Below are positions 1-8,017 of a stretch of DNA of 64,000 bases, in pieces (positions within the stretch are counted from its first letter, which is position 1; each line of letters begins with the position of its first letter). The DNA lies in the NCBI GenBank assembly GCA_963809805.1, contig CAWELB010000007.1, forward strand, positions 458,837-522,836, read 5' to 3'. Source of the stretch: an uncultured Chloroflexia bacterium (lineage in GTDB: Bacteria; Chloroflexota; Anaerolineae; Anaerolineales; UBA4823). Position numbers and translations under genes: made by a program. A model generated the notes under the pieces. It was given only the letters and a program-made list of their open reading frames with translations, was not told the origin of the DNA and made no database searches.

Positions 1-467
1 TTCGTACCACAATCGGGACAGAACTTGGTCTCCACGGGCATCTCTTTACCGCAATTCGGGCAGAATTTGGTTGTAGCAGCTGCGGGTGCGGGAGCTGAGG
101 GGGGATTATATTGGGTTGTCGAGGTTGTGGATGGAGACGGTGCGGGCTCAGAAGCGGGTTGAGCTGCAGGTTGAGCCGCATGCGGTGAGTAGGTTTCTGC
201 ATTAATCCGCTGTATCTCTTCATTTTTGGCATTAGCCTGGTTTTCCAGATCCATGATTACCTGGCAGATTTCATCATATGCTGGACCGGTTACACCCGTC
301 ATCGTGCGCTGGGTGTAATACATTTCACCAAGTTTTGAATACTGACTTTGGATCTGACTTTTTATTTTTTCCAGCTCGCCTTTTGCACGGTTCAGGTGGG
401 TCATCTTATCCGCTTCGAAAGCTACCTTTTCAGCACCGCTTTTTAGCCTACCAAAAAAATCACTCAT
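1..467 (-). CDS. zinc-ribbon domain protein (partial; C-terminus runs off window start)
   Basis: Absent from the ORF track because it is open at the window edge. Reverse-strand ATG at 467..465, with GGAGGT 5 nt upstream (472..477 rc). Translation is MSDFFGRLKSGAEKVAFEADKMTHLNRAKGELEKIK..., then a Pro/Ala/Ser-rich linker, then FCPNCG..(9)..FCPDCG, a double CxxC zinc ribbon. Confidence 0.6.
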   Translation of the reverse strand, partial: MSDFFGRLKSGAEKVAFEADKMTHLNRAKGELEKIKSQIQSQYSKLGEMYYTQRTMTGVTGPAYDEICQVIMDLENQANAKNEEIQRINAETYSPHAAQPAAQPASEPAPSPSTTSTTQYNPPSAPAPAAATTKFCPNCGKEMPVETKFCPDCGT

Positions 468-558
468 AATTACCTCCAATTCGTTTCAATAAGTATAATC
501 GCAATCGCGCTTCTGCGTTGCTAATCCAAAACAAATTAGCAGAGAAACAAAATCCAAT

Positions 559-960
559 TTAATGATTGGATTGACTGTTTATGGGTCGTGGGGAGAAGCG
601 TTCCTCTAATATCGTAATAACTTGTAGCTGCAATTTTTGATACTCTATTTCAGTCGCCTCGATATCTCGGGTAAATTTCGCCCTGCGCAGGAAAGCGATG
701 ATGATCATGATCACACCGATCAGTCCCATAAACCCGGAAACGCTGGCACAAATCGTATTAAACACGCCATCACTGGTGGTCGTTGATGAGCTTTCTGCTT
801 GCTCCTCACCAGCAATTGCTAGACCCATAAAGGCGTAAAATAAAATCCCAAACACAAGGATGATACTTCCCATGACGATCAGCGTAGTATTAATCCCTCT
901 GGTTTTCAGTGATAGTTTCTTTTCTTTGCCTGCGAGCTTCCATTTGGGTAAGAAGTCCAA
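559..960 (-). CDS. small 2-TM membrane protein, paralog A (N-terminus apparently frameshifted; see findings)
   Basis: 133-aa ORF with two hydrophobic helices flanking a Ser/Thr-rich loop and a C-terminal EYQKL helix. Clearly homologous to the adjacent 1045..1419 ORF. The track start is TTG with no SD. An ATG at 967 has a GGAGG SD but lies in another frame. Confidence 0.55.
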   Translation of the reverse strand: MDFLPKWKLAGKEKKLSLKTRGINTTLIVMGSIILVFGILFYAFMGLAIAGEEQAESSSTTTSDGVFNTICASVSGFMGLIGVIMIIIAFLRRAKFTRDIEATEIEYQKLQLQVITILEERFSPRPINSQSNH

Positions 961-1044
961 AAGTCATTGGTTGCCTCCACAAATTTGACTGCTAATCAGT
1001 ATTTCGTGTGCATTAATACAGGTGAAAACAAGTCAATGGTACTT

Positions 1045-1419
1045 TTAGCGAATCCCACTGTCTTCCATCGAAGATATCACCTGTGATCGTAATTTTTGGT
1101 ATTCACCTTCTTCGGCTTGAAGCTCGCGATGGGATTTTGATGCGCGCACAATACCAAAAAGCAGCATTACAAACCCGAGCGCTCCAATCAGACAGGCAAC
1201 GCTGGTACAAATTATATTACCCCCGGAATCACTCGTCGCTGTTGAACTACTCTCTCCCTGGCCCGCAATTAGTAATCCTGTAAACGCCAGCAAGAGAATG
1301 CCCACCAGCAGGGCCATGCCTCCTATTGTTAGTACTGGAGTCGTAAGCTCCTTATTTTTCAGCAGCTTTTCTTTCCTTTTTCTGCTCTCATCCATTTGAG
1401 ATAGGATTCCGATAGCCAT
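1045..1419 (-). CDS. small 2-TM membrane protein, paralog B
   Basis: Start moved to the ATG at 1419 (MAIGILSQMDESRKRKEK...), which follows a GGAGG SD. Same architecture as 559..960: TM, SSSTATSDSG loop, TM, EYQKL helix. Confidence 0.6.
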   Translation of the reverse strand: MAIGILSQMDESRKRKEKLLKNKELTTPVLTIGGMALLVGILLLAFTGLLIAGQGESSSTATSDSGGNIICTSVACLIGALGFVMLLFGIVRASKSHRELQAEEGEYQKLRSQVISSMEDSGIR

Positions 1420-1655
1420 TTTCAAACCTCCAGGATATAGATATCAGTTAGTTATTCATCTGCCTTGAAAAGGATGGGGAATACCTTGATTCTATAATAG
1501 CGTGAATCGCTCATAATGCAATAGCAGGCCTTGTGAATATTTTATTATTAATTTTTTGTACTGTCTGATATTTGATGTGGTGAAGATATTCTGAATGTCA
1601 TCCATGCGATCTGCTGGCGTGCGGCATATAGTCTGCATTCTTAAGTTAATACATT

Positions 1656-1687
1656 ACAGCCTGCATCAATATTTTGATGCAGGCTGT
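1656..1687. terminator. 14-bp perfect stem-loop downstream of the lipoprotein gene
   Basis: acagcctgcatcaa (1656-1669), loop tatt, ttgatgcaggctgt (1674-1687). Lies 32 nt past the stop of 1719..3353. There is no clear U-tract on the minus strand. Confidence 0.4.
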
Positions 1688-1718
1688 TCGATTATTCTTG
1701 GTGAATATTAATCCCACT

Positions 1719-3353
1719 TCATGGCAGGAAGGTTAGGGAGCTGAGCACTGTTTGATATAAATCCTCAACATCAGCCGCGGTTTCAGTAACCACCGATGGA
1801 GCCGGCCAAAAGGTGAAATGGAAGAGCTTTCCATCATGGATGATGAGCACATCGCGTGACCCAAGCATCCCGGGCACCACTTCCAGCATGATCGATGGTT
1901 CTCCAGGCAACGCCCCCGCCAGCCGGGTTTGAGGCATGGGAACATCACCGAGCTGAGCAAGAAACGCATTCGCCGCTTCATCGAGGGTTTGACCTTCCGG
2001 CAGGCTTGAGATTTCGACAGTTAATGCGGCATATAATGGTTCTGGACCAGGTCCATACGCCGGTCCATAGATCGCGATTGGACCGCGTTCATCTGTGCGA
2101 TGGAAACGTACCGGATAGGCGAAGCAATAACCATCTTCAGGGCTGTAAATCAGGCTGGTACCATTAATGTTGCATGCGTCAGGACCAGCAACAGTCACCG
2201 GCCCGCTATAAGAGATCAGGCTTCCATCCGCAGTTGCCCGATACTCATGGGTATGACCAACCGCATTCAGAATAATACGCCAGCCAGGAACGATATTTTT
2301 GGTACATTCCTGATTTGGTGTTGGAGCTAATCCCAGGCACACATCTGGCCAATCCTGCGGAGAGACCTGCAAAACACTGATCGAGGCGAAATCTACCCCC
2401 AGGCGGGTAGACAAATCTTCACGCGTTTTATCCGCAAGCACACCTTCGAGTGGTGCGGGAATGAATATTTCGGGTGTAGTAGTCGCTTCAAACGGTGGAA
2501 TAGTGATCGAACTGAGCAGTGCATCCAATTTGCTCAAATCAGGTGTAAAGCCATCGGCAGGCTGCTGATCCAGCAAGGTGATTGTTTGGGAAATGTAGTC
2601 CTGGTAGAAGCCTGGCGTATCCGTCAGCCCTTTAATAAACTCAGCACTTTGCTCAGCACCAGCTGGCAGCTCAGGGTTGGTGACAGGCAAGATTGCTGAA
2701 ATATAGTAATTACCATCGTTGGACAGGCCCTGGAAGGTGAAGATCAGCTCTTGATTGTTGATCGGAACCAGGCCCTGGTTGAGCTGGGTCAGGTAGCGGA
2801 CACCCTTACCGCTGACGAAATCCAGGTACTGCACCTGGGCCTGGAATGCCTGCTGGGAATTGATCAGCGGCAGGAAGGGCAGAGGGTGGCTGGTCTGTTG
2901 GCTTTGCAGTAAGTCCTGCAGGTCGGTGGCTACCTCATCCATGAGTTTGTTGGCTAAGGCGAGGTCACCAACAGGGTAGATAAAAAGCTGCGGCTTGTAG
3001 TTATGATTGCTGATGGGGTAGCCTTGCAGCGTCAGCCGGCGGTATTGGGGTGCAGTCGGGCTTACCGGACCACTGGCAATGAGTGGCACTGCCGCCACGG
3101 TTTCGACAGTCACATCCTGGGCAACAGCAGAGTAGTCAAGGGTAATATCGGCCTGCTCTCCACTGGTGGGCGGGATGAGGGTCGGGGTAGCTGCTTCGGT
3201 TGGAGGGATGGTCGCTGAAGGCTGTATCTTTATCGTTGTGGCAGAGGGCTGAGGCATTGTTGGCGGCGTAGAGGTTTCGATATTGGCTGAAGTACAAGCT
3301 GTCATAAGCACAGACATGACCAAAGTTATGAGCAAAGCATTTTGGATTTTCAT
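1719..3353 (-). CDS. secreted lipoprotein, unknown function
   Basis: 544-aa ORF. N-terminal signal peptide with a lipobox-like LMTAC, followed by a Pro/Thr/Ala-rich linker. AAGGAG SD upstream of the ATG at 3353. Confidence 0.7.
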   Translation of the reverse strand: MKIQNALLITLVMSVLMTACTSANIETSTPPTMPQPSATTIKIQPSATIPPTEAATPTLIPPTSGEQADITLDYSAVAQDVTVETVAAVPLIASGPVSPTAPQYRRLTLQGYPISNHNYKPQLFIYPVGDLALANKLMDEVATDLQDLLQSQQTSHPLPFLPLINSQQAFQAQVQYLDFVSGKGVRYLTQLNQGLVPINNQELIFTFQGLSNDGNYYISAILPVTNPELPAGAEQSAEFIKGLTDTPGFYQDYISQTITLLDQQPADGFTPDLSKLDALLSSITIPPFEATTTPEIFIPAPLEGVLADKTREDLSTRLGVDFASISVLQVSPQDWPDVCLGLAPTPNQECTKNIVPGWRIILNAVGHTHEYRATADGSLISYSGPVTVAGPDACNINGTSLIYSPEDGYCFAYPVRFHRTDERGPIAIYGPAYGPGPEPLYAALTVEISSLPEGQTLDEAANAFLAQLGDVPMPQTRLAGALPGEPSIMLEVVPGMLGSRDVLIIHDGKLFHFTFWPAPSVVTETAADVEDLYQTVLSSLTFLP

Positions 3354-3439
3354 TTTGGTAATTCATTCTCCTTATTATTACTGCTCTAAGTTTACTTCGT
3401 GGATCCCTCAGCAACATCCTCCCATTAGCTGGTTTTAAA

Positions 3440-3455
3440 CTATCCAAATGGATAG
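3440..3455 (-). promoter_or_regulatory. dyad CTATCC-AAAT-GGATAG followed (minus strand) by TTTAAAAC; candidate promoter/operator of 1719..3353
   Basis: Perfect 6-N4-6 inverted repeat read directly. Its centre is 94.5 nt upstream of the start codon at 3353. Member of the motif family listed in findings. Confidence 0.4.
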
Positions 3456-3574
3456 GTTCATCCCCTCCTCCTGGCAGTGGAAAAGCAACGGTGGGTCGGA
3501 TAAGATGGTATTGTCCGAAAATCGCATGGGCTTTGTTAGAGAGATTCACATCCGTTTGTTGCATGGAGTAGAAG

Positions 3575-3673
3575 ATGAAAAAATTCCTAAAAATCCTGGC
3601 AGGATTGGCCGGTATCCTGGTACTGATCGTATTGATCGATATTTCGACCCTGTCGGTCTATTGGATGGTGTAA
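3575..3673 (+). CDS. 32-aa single-TM peptide (hypothetical)
   Basis: ATG at 3575 with GGAG 6 nt upstream. Translation MKKFLKILAGLAGILVLIVLIDISTLSVYWMV. Below the ORF-track length cutoff. Confidence 0.3.
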   Translation: MKKFLKILAGLAGILVLIVLIDISTLSVYWMV

Positions 3674-3684
3674 AGGTTCGCCTG

Positions 3685-4040
3685 ATGAAATTCTCCAACT
3701 GGTTTTTCCTGCTCGTGGGTGTATCGATATTCGGTCAATGGGGATTTTCCCTGGCCAGTGGAGCAGTGCCAGAGTTAAAAACTGCCCCCTGCAGCTTGCA
3801 TTTCATCTGGTGGCAGAATTTGCCACCGCGATCAGTTTGATCGTTAGTGGGGTTGGGCTGCTACGGAACGATGTATGGGGAAGGCACTTTGGTCTGATTG
3901 CTGCAGGTTTATTGGGTTATACAGTGGTCGTCAGCCCGGGTTATTTTGCCCAATAAGGACAATGGCCATTGGTGGGCATGTTCGCTCTACTGCTGGTACT
4001 GGATGTGGTCTGCGCCACACGATTAATTGTGGACAGGTAA
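3685..4040 (+). pseudogene. multi-TM membrane protein gene disrupted by a frameshift at a C5 run and an in-frame TAA
   Basis: Frame 1 reads MKFSNWFFLLVGVSIFGQWGFSLASGAVPELKTAP. Helical membrane sequence then continues in frame 0 (LQLAFHLVAEFATAISLIVSGVGLL...GYFAQ). After the TAA at 3954-3956 it continues in-frame as GQWPLVGMFALLLVLDVVCATRLIVDR. One extra C at 3785-3789 would restore the frame. Confidence 0.45.
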
Positions 4041-4059
4041 CAATTTCCAGTTACCTGTC
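4032..4059. terminator. 10-bp perfect hairpin between convergent genes
   Basis: gacaggtaac (4032-4041), loop aatttcca, gttacctgtc (4050-4059). It overlaps both convergent stop codons. Confidence 0.45.
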
Positions 4060-4200
4060 TTTGGCAATTAATTTATAGACACCAAGTGCCACCAATGCTA
4101 CGATGGCTAAACCAGCCGAAACCCAGGGGCTTAGCATAGCTGTAAAAAGCACAAACAGCGCAACGATGATGGCAATGATTCCCTCAGTTTTAGAATTCAC
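4051..4200 (-). CDS. 49-aa 2-TM membrane peptide (hypothetical)
   Basis: GTG at 4200 with a GAGGAG SD (4207-4212 rc), immediately downstream of the SDR gene. Translation VNSKTEGIIAIIVALFVLFTAMLSPWVSAGLAIVALVALGVYKLIAKDR. Below the ORF-track cutoff. Confidence 0.35.
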   Translation of the reverse strand: MNSKTEGIIAIIVALFVLFTAMLSPWVSAGLAIVALVALGVYKLIAKDR

Positions 4201-4213
4201 AGATTTCTCCTCT

Positions 4214-5413
4214 TCATTTTAGAATATTTTCAAGCTCGTTCACTTCATCCCGCCAACCATACACATGGCGCAGGTTTTCTTCAAGCCTGGCAGCATTCTT
4301 TTCATAGCCTTTTGCCAATTCAGCCAGATGGTCATAATAGCTGGCAAGCTTTGATAGTGGCAGCAAGGTGATGTTGCCGTCACCTTGTAAACTCGTTCCC
4401 AATCGCGTCAGTGCATCGAGCCATTCTTCCGCACTCATGCCAGCGGTTTTTCTAAAATCACGGATCACCCACTGCCGTTCAAAGAGCGAGCGTTTCTTCC
4501 AATCACTGGATTGCTCAGCAAGCGTGGTCCGCACCCGCTCACAGAGTATTGCAGCTTGTTTCCTCCGGTCAGCACCAAACTTCTCAGTGCCCTGAGCAGC
4601 CTCCAGGGCGCCATAGTTTATATTGGCGGCTCTCAACGCCTGCATGGATGATATCTCCATCCCTTTGAACCGCTCGGCGAAGACGATGGATACGGCGAAG
4701 CCTGCCCCGGCTTCTTCCGGAGTTAAAATGGCATTTTTGTTCAGCGTATAAAACTCCTCCAGGCTCATGCCCATCAGAGGGGCAAGCTGTCTCACCGCAC
4801 TGGTGGCGGTTTCTGTCGGTACCAGACCCGGACCGATGGTGTAGGCAATCACGCCGCTGCCTTCCAACTCTGCGTCCAGGGTGTTTGCCAGGTGGACTTG
4901 TGCAGCTTTGAAAGTTTCGTATCCACCGAGATACGCAGTACCCGTAGATGAAACACATACGAATGTTCCGTGCCTGCGGGCGATCATATCCGGCAAAAAC
5001 ACCCTTGCCATTAATACCGGACCGCGCAAATTGACCCGGTAGCTGGAGTCCCATTCCTCGATGGGAAGATCCTTCACCAAGCCGAGTACGGCGATGGTGG
5101 CATTATTGATGACTGCATCCACTTTACCAAATTGTTTGCACGATTCTTGGTACAGGTGCATCACACTGGATTCATCTCCAACATCAATATTAATGAAGGA
5201 CACACGCTGAGGATCGAATTCCGCGGAGAGGTGCTCCGCCGCGGAGGCACCAATCGCATGGTTGATTTCCGCAATGACTACGCTCGCTCCCAACCAGAGC
5301 AGTGCCCTCGCAGCTTCATAACCAATCCCTCCCCCCGCACCGGTGACAATAACCACCTCACCGGAAAGAGAACCGGGCTTTAATCCAAGCTGTGAAATGA
5401 CGAGAGTATTCAT
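4214..5413 (-). CDS. SDR-family oxidoreductase with a ~130-aa C-terminal helical extension
   Basis: TGAGGGIG Rossmann motif near the N-terminus, an NNAT-type motif, and a catalytic YETFK (YxxxK). Confidence 0.8.
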   Translation of the reverse strand: MNTLVISQLGLKPGSLSGEVVIVTGAGGGIGYEAARALLWLGASVVIAEINHAIGASAAEHLSAEFDPQRVSFINIDVGDESSVMHLYQESCKQFGKVDAVINNATIAVLGLVKDLPIEEWDSSYRVNLRGPVLMARVFLPDMIARRHGTFVCVSSTGTAYLGGYETFKAAQVHLANTLDAELEGSGVIAYTIGPGLVPTETATSAVRQLAPLMGMSLEEFYTLNKNAILTPEEAGAGFAVSIVFAERFKGMEISSMQALRAANINYGALEAAQGTEKFGADRRKQAAILCERVRTTLAEQSSDWKKRSLFERQWVIRDFRKTAGMSAEEWLDALTRLGTSLQGDGNITLLPLSKLASYYDHLAELAKGYEKNAARLEENLRHVYGWRDEVNELENILK

Positions 5414-5478
5414 GATATATGAATGCCTCTATTCAATAAGATACAATCCGACCATCGTTACGCTAACTACGAACCAGC

Positions 5479-6471
5479 TTATAACTGAGCTCGCAGCCAT
5501 GAAGTAATTGTATCAACCGAATCCGGGTCTAGCATTACATCATCCGCACTATAAGAAGCCATGGCATCGGCAGGTGTGATCTGCGACCGGGGCTTGGGTT
5601 CGAATTTCAAGACATGGTTGGCATTTTCCATGTAGGCTATGGTGATATTCGTGAGCTCTTTGGCGACCGCTTCGAAAAGGGGTCCATCAGTCTGCCAGTC
5701 TACCTGGATATCTTTCTTGCCGATAACAATCAAAACAGGAACTGAAGTTTCGTCTAGCTTTGTTGCCGGATTAAATATCCACAATTCTCGGGCAAAAGGT
5801 TGATTGATGGGTTGGGTGACTGCCTGGATCACCTGCTGTAATAATGTGGGTAGATTTTCGTCCACTGGCACGGGACGCCCCGCGATGAATTCATTTATTG
5901 CGGTCTCGTAGGCAGTGAGCAATGAGTCCCCACCGGGAACTGCTGCCAGTTGAGCCGCGATTTGGCTGTGCGCCAGCTCGCCAGTGGCACGCGCGAATGG
6001 GGAAGTGAGTACCATTCCTGCAAATGGATGATTCTTTCCCTGGGTTTGATAGTTGAGTGCATGCACGCAACCTTCACTGTTGGTCAAGGCAAATATCTTT
6101 GCTGGATCCACGTCTTTTTCACCGAGAAGCAAGTTCACTCCGCCTGCCAATTCAGCACTATGACCTTGCATGCTGATTTTGCCTGCCAAAAGTTTCATAT
6201 TTTCAACTACATGGGGACCAGACGCACGCTTATCATACCGCAAGGTTATGAAACCATGCTTGGTTAACTCCTGCGCGAGTAAAGCCGCACTGCCGTTGGT
6301 GCCCGGGATTATGGGTGTGTTCCAATTACGGTCCGTTGGACCACTACCAGCTACAAAAATCACTGCCGGGAAGGGTCCTAAACCCTGAGGGCGGGTTAGG
6401 GAAGCAAAGACCTCAATGTCATCCACTATCCAGGATACGGATTCTTCGTTAGTATGATTATTATGGGACAT
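5479..6471 (-). CDS. alpha/beta hydrolase family protein
   Basis: 330 aa. Alpha/beta-fold-like pattern with a nucleophile-elbow-like TNSEGC and a late His (NANHVL). Confidence 0.65.
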   Translation of the reverse strand: MSHNNHTNEESVSWIVDDIEVFASLTRPQGLGPFPAVIFVAGSGPTDRNWNTPIIPGTNGSAALLAQELTKHGFITLRYDKRASGPHVVENMKLLAGKISMQGHSAELAGGVNLLLGEKDVDPAKIFALTNSEGCVHALNYQTQGKNHPFAGMVLTSPFARATGELAHSQIAAQLAAVPGGDSLLTAYETAINEFIAGRPVPVDENLPTLLQQVIQAVTQPINQPFARELWIFNPATKLDETSVPVLIVIGKKDIQVDWQTDGPLFEAVAKELTNITIAYMENANHVLKFEPKPRSQITPADAMASYSADDVMLDPDSVDTITSWLRAQL

Positions 6472-6501
6472 GTCATTCTCTTTTCTTGAACGGAGTGATG
6501 T

Positions 6502-8013
6502 TCAGTTATTTATTCCTGGCTCACTTGTTTTACTCGGGTTTGTCACTTCCAACCCACATCGGTTGATCACCAGGTTTCCATCCATGAACAGCGCCTGGAC
6601 GGGCTTTCCGACCAGATGGAAATCCTGTAAAGGATCACCATCCAGCACTACTAGATCGGCGGTTTTACCTGTTCGGATGGACCCAAACTGAGCATCCAAT
6701 CCCATCGAACAGGCGCTTTGGATCGTTGCTGCGCGCAGGAGGTCCGCGGGTGTTATGGCTGGTTTTCCTTCAAAATTGAGCAAGAAATCCAGCATGGCAA
6801 GTTCATAGCGGATATCCGCCGCCGAACAGTTCGTGGGTCCGGCATCATTACCTGTTCCCAGGCGAGAGATCGCTCCATGCTTCACCAGCAGCCTGAGGTT
6901 TTGACCGCCGGTTGGGATCAATTTGGCAAAATACCGGAAAGGTTCACTGATATCCATAATTCCGTAAACCTTCAGCTTTCCCTTGTTCAGGGCCTCATTC
7001 AGGGCAAGTCGTGTCGGTAAAAGTTCGGGAATCCAGGTCTCTTCCACCATAGATCGATAACTTTGCTCCCTGAAATGATCCAGACGCTGAAGCTCGGGGT
7101 GACCCGAAAATGGACTGCCTTTGATGTTGTAACTCATGAAGTACCCTACAGAAAGGGTGGGCTCGAGGCGAGTAGTAGAGTTCTCCAATAAGGTAGCATC
7201 AGACTCATCAAGGTCATGATCAATTGGAATGTGAGCCAGCGAACCGATTCCCGCCTTGATTCCATGACGGAACCCGGCTGCCGTTACATTGTGCATCGTA
7301 GTCGGCATTCCTCGTCGTTCTGCCTGGTCAACCGCTGCGATAAGCTGTTCAGCTGACATCACCTGTGCGCCGGGTTTGTAGCTCATAAAATGCTCGGGCT
7401 GGTCGCAAAACTTGATGGCTGCCGCGCCACGTTCATCGACCGCCCGATTGACTGCATCGCGCACCTCTTGTAAGGATGCATCTGGTCGAAAGACTACCAC
7501 CCCGGAAGTGGGCAATTTATAATCAATAACCTTGAGACCGATCAATGAAAAGGAGAATCGGGTCATGATACTGGGGCGGGGGGCGTAGGTGCCACCCAAT
7601 GGGCTGACATGGACTGCCTGGTGGATGCGAGGACCCAAGATCTCGCCTTTATTAATTCGCCCAATCCAATTCCGGTTAAGCTGGAGGTCATAACACAGCG
7701 TATCGCGCACGTTGGTTACCCCCCGCTTGATACAGTCATGAAGGTTCTTTGCAATTTGCTTCTGGCCAATCTCATCCTGCTGTAGGAACTGTAAATGGCA
7801 GTGAGTATTGAACAATCCTGGGATCAAAGTCATGCCATGCAGATCTATCACCGCCTCGGCGGGCGCCTGGTCCGATTCCCCCGCTTGTCCTGGCATGGCA
7901 AGGATTTTTCCATTTTGGATAACCAGGCTAACCTGGTCAGGAAAGTAACAGCCATTCTCGACATCGACAATACGAGCGTTTATCAATTGGATCCGGTCAT
8001 GGATAGCAGGCAT
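6502..8013 (-). CDS. metal-dependent amidohydrolase family protein
   Basis: N-terminal LIPGLFNTHCHL (HxH metal motif) and a C-terminal ...GKTADLVVLDGDPL... typical of the amidohydrolase superfamily. Confidence 0.8.
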   Translation of the reverse strand: MPAIHDRIQLINARIVDVENGCYFPDQVSLVIQNGKILAMPGQAGESDQAPAEAVIDLHGMTLIPGLFNTHCHLQFLQQDEIGQKQIAKNLHDCIKRGVTNVRDTLCYDLQLNRNWIGRINKGEILGPRIHQAVHVSPLGGTYAPRPSIMTRFSFSLIGLKVIDYKLPTSGVVVFRPDASLQEVRDAVNRAVDERGAAAIKFCDQPEHFMSYKPGAQVMSAEQLIAAVDQAERRGMPTTMHNVTAAGFRHGIKAGIGSLAHIPIDHDLDESDATLLENSTTRLEPTLSVGYFMSYNIKGSPFSGHPELQRLDHFREQSYRSMVEETWIPELLPTRLALNEALNKGKLKVYGIMDISEPFRYFAKLIPTGGQNLRLLVKHGAISRLGTGNDAGPTNCSAADIRYELAMLDFLLNFEGKPAITPADLLRAATIQSACSMGLDAQFGSIRTGKTADLVVLDGDPLQDFHLVGKPVQALFMDGNLVINRCGLEVTNPSKTSEPGINN

Positions 8014-8017
8014 CAGG

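Noticed and set aside
278-469. 63-aa plus-strand ORF at the window start
   Set aside because: It is antisense to a much more convincing minus-strand zinc-ribbon gene (1-467), which has a strong SD and protein-like sequence. The plus-strand translation is low-complexity.
3136-3564. 142-aa minus-strand ORF and the 3448-3840 plus-strand ORF start spanning the lipoprotein promoter region
   Set aside because: The minus-strand ORF overlaps the lipoprotein gene start in another frame. The plus-strand ORF's first 79 codons cross the dyad/promoter region with no protein-like features. Only its portion from the ATG at 3685 is used (as a pseudogene).
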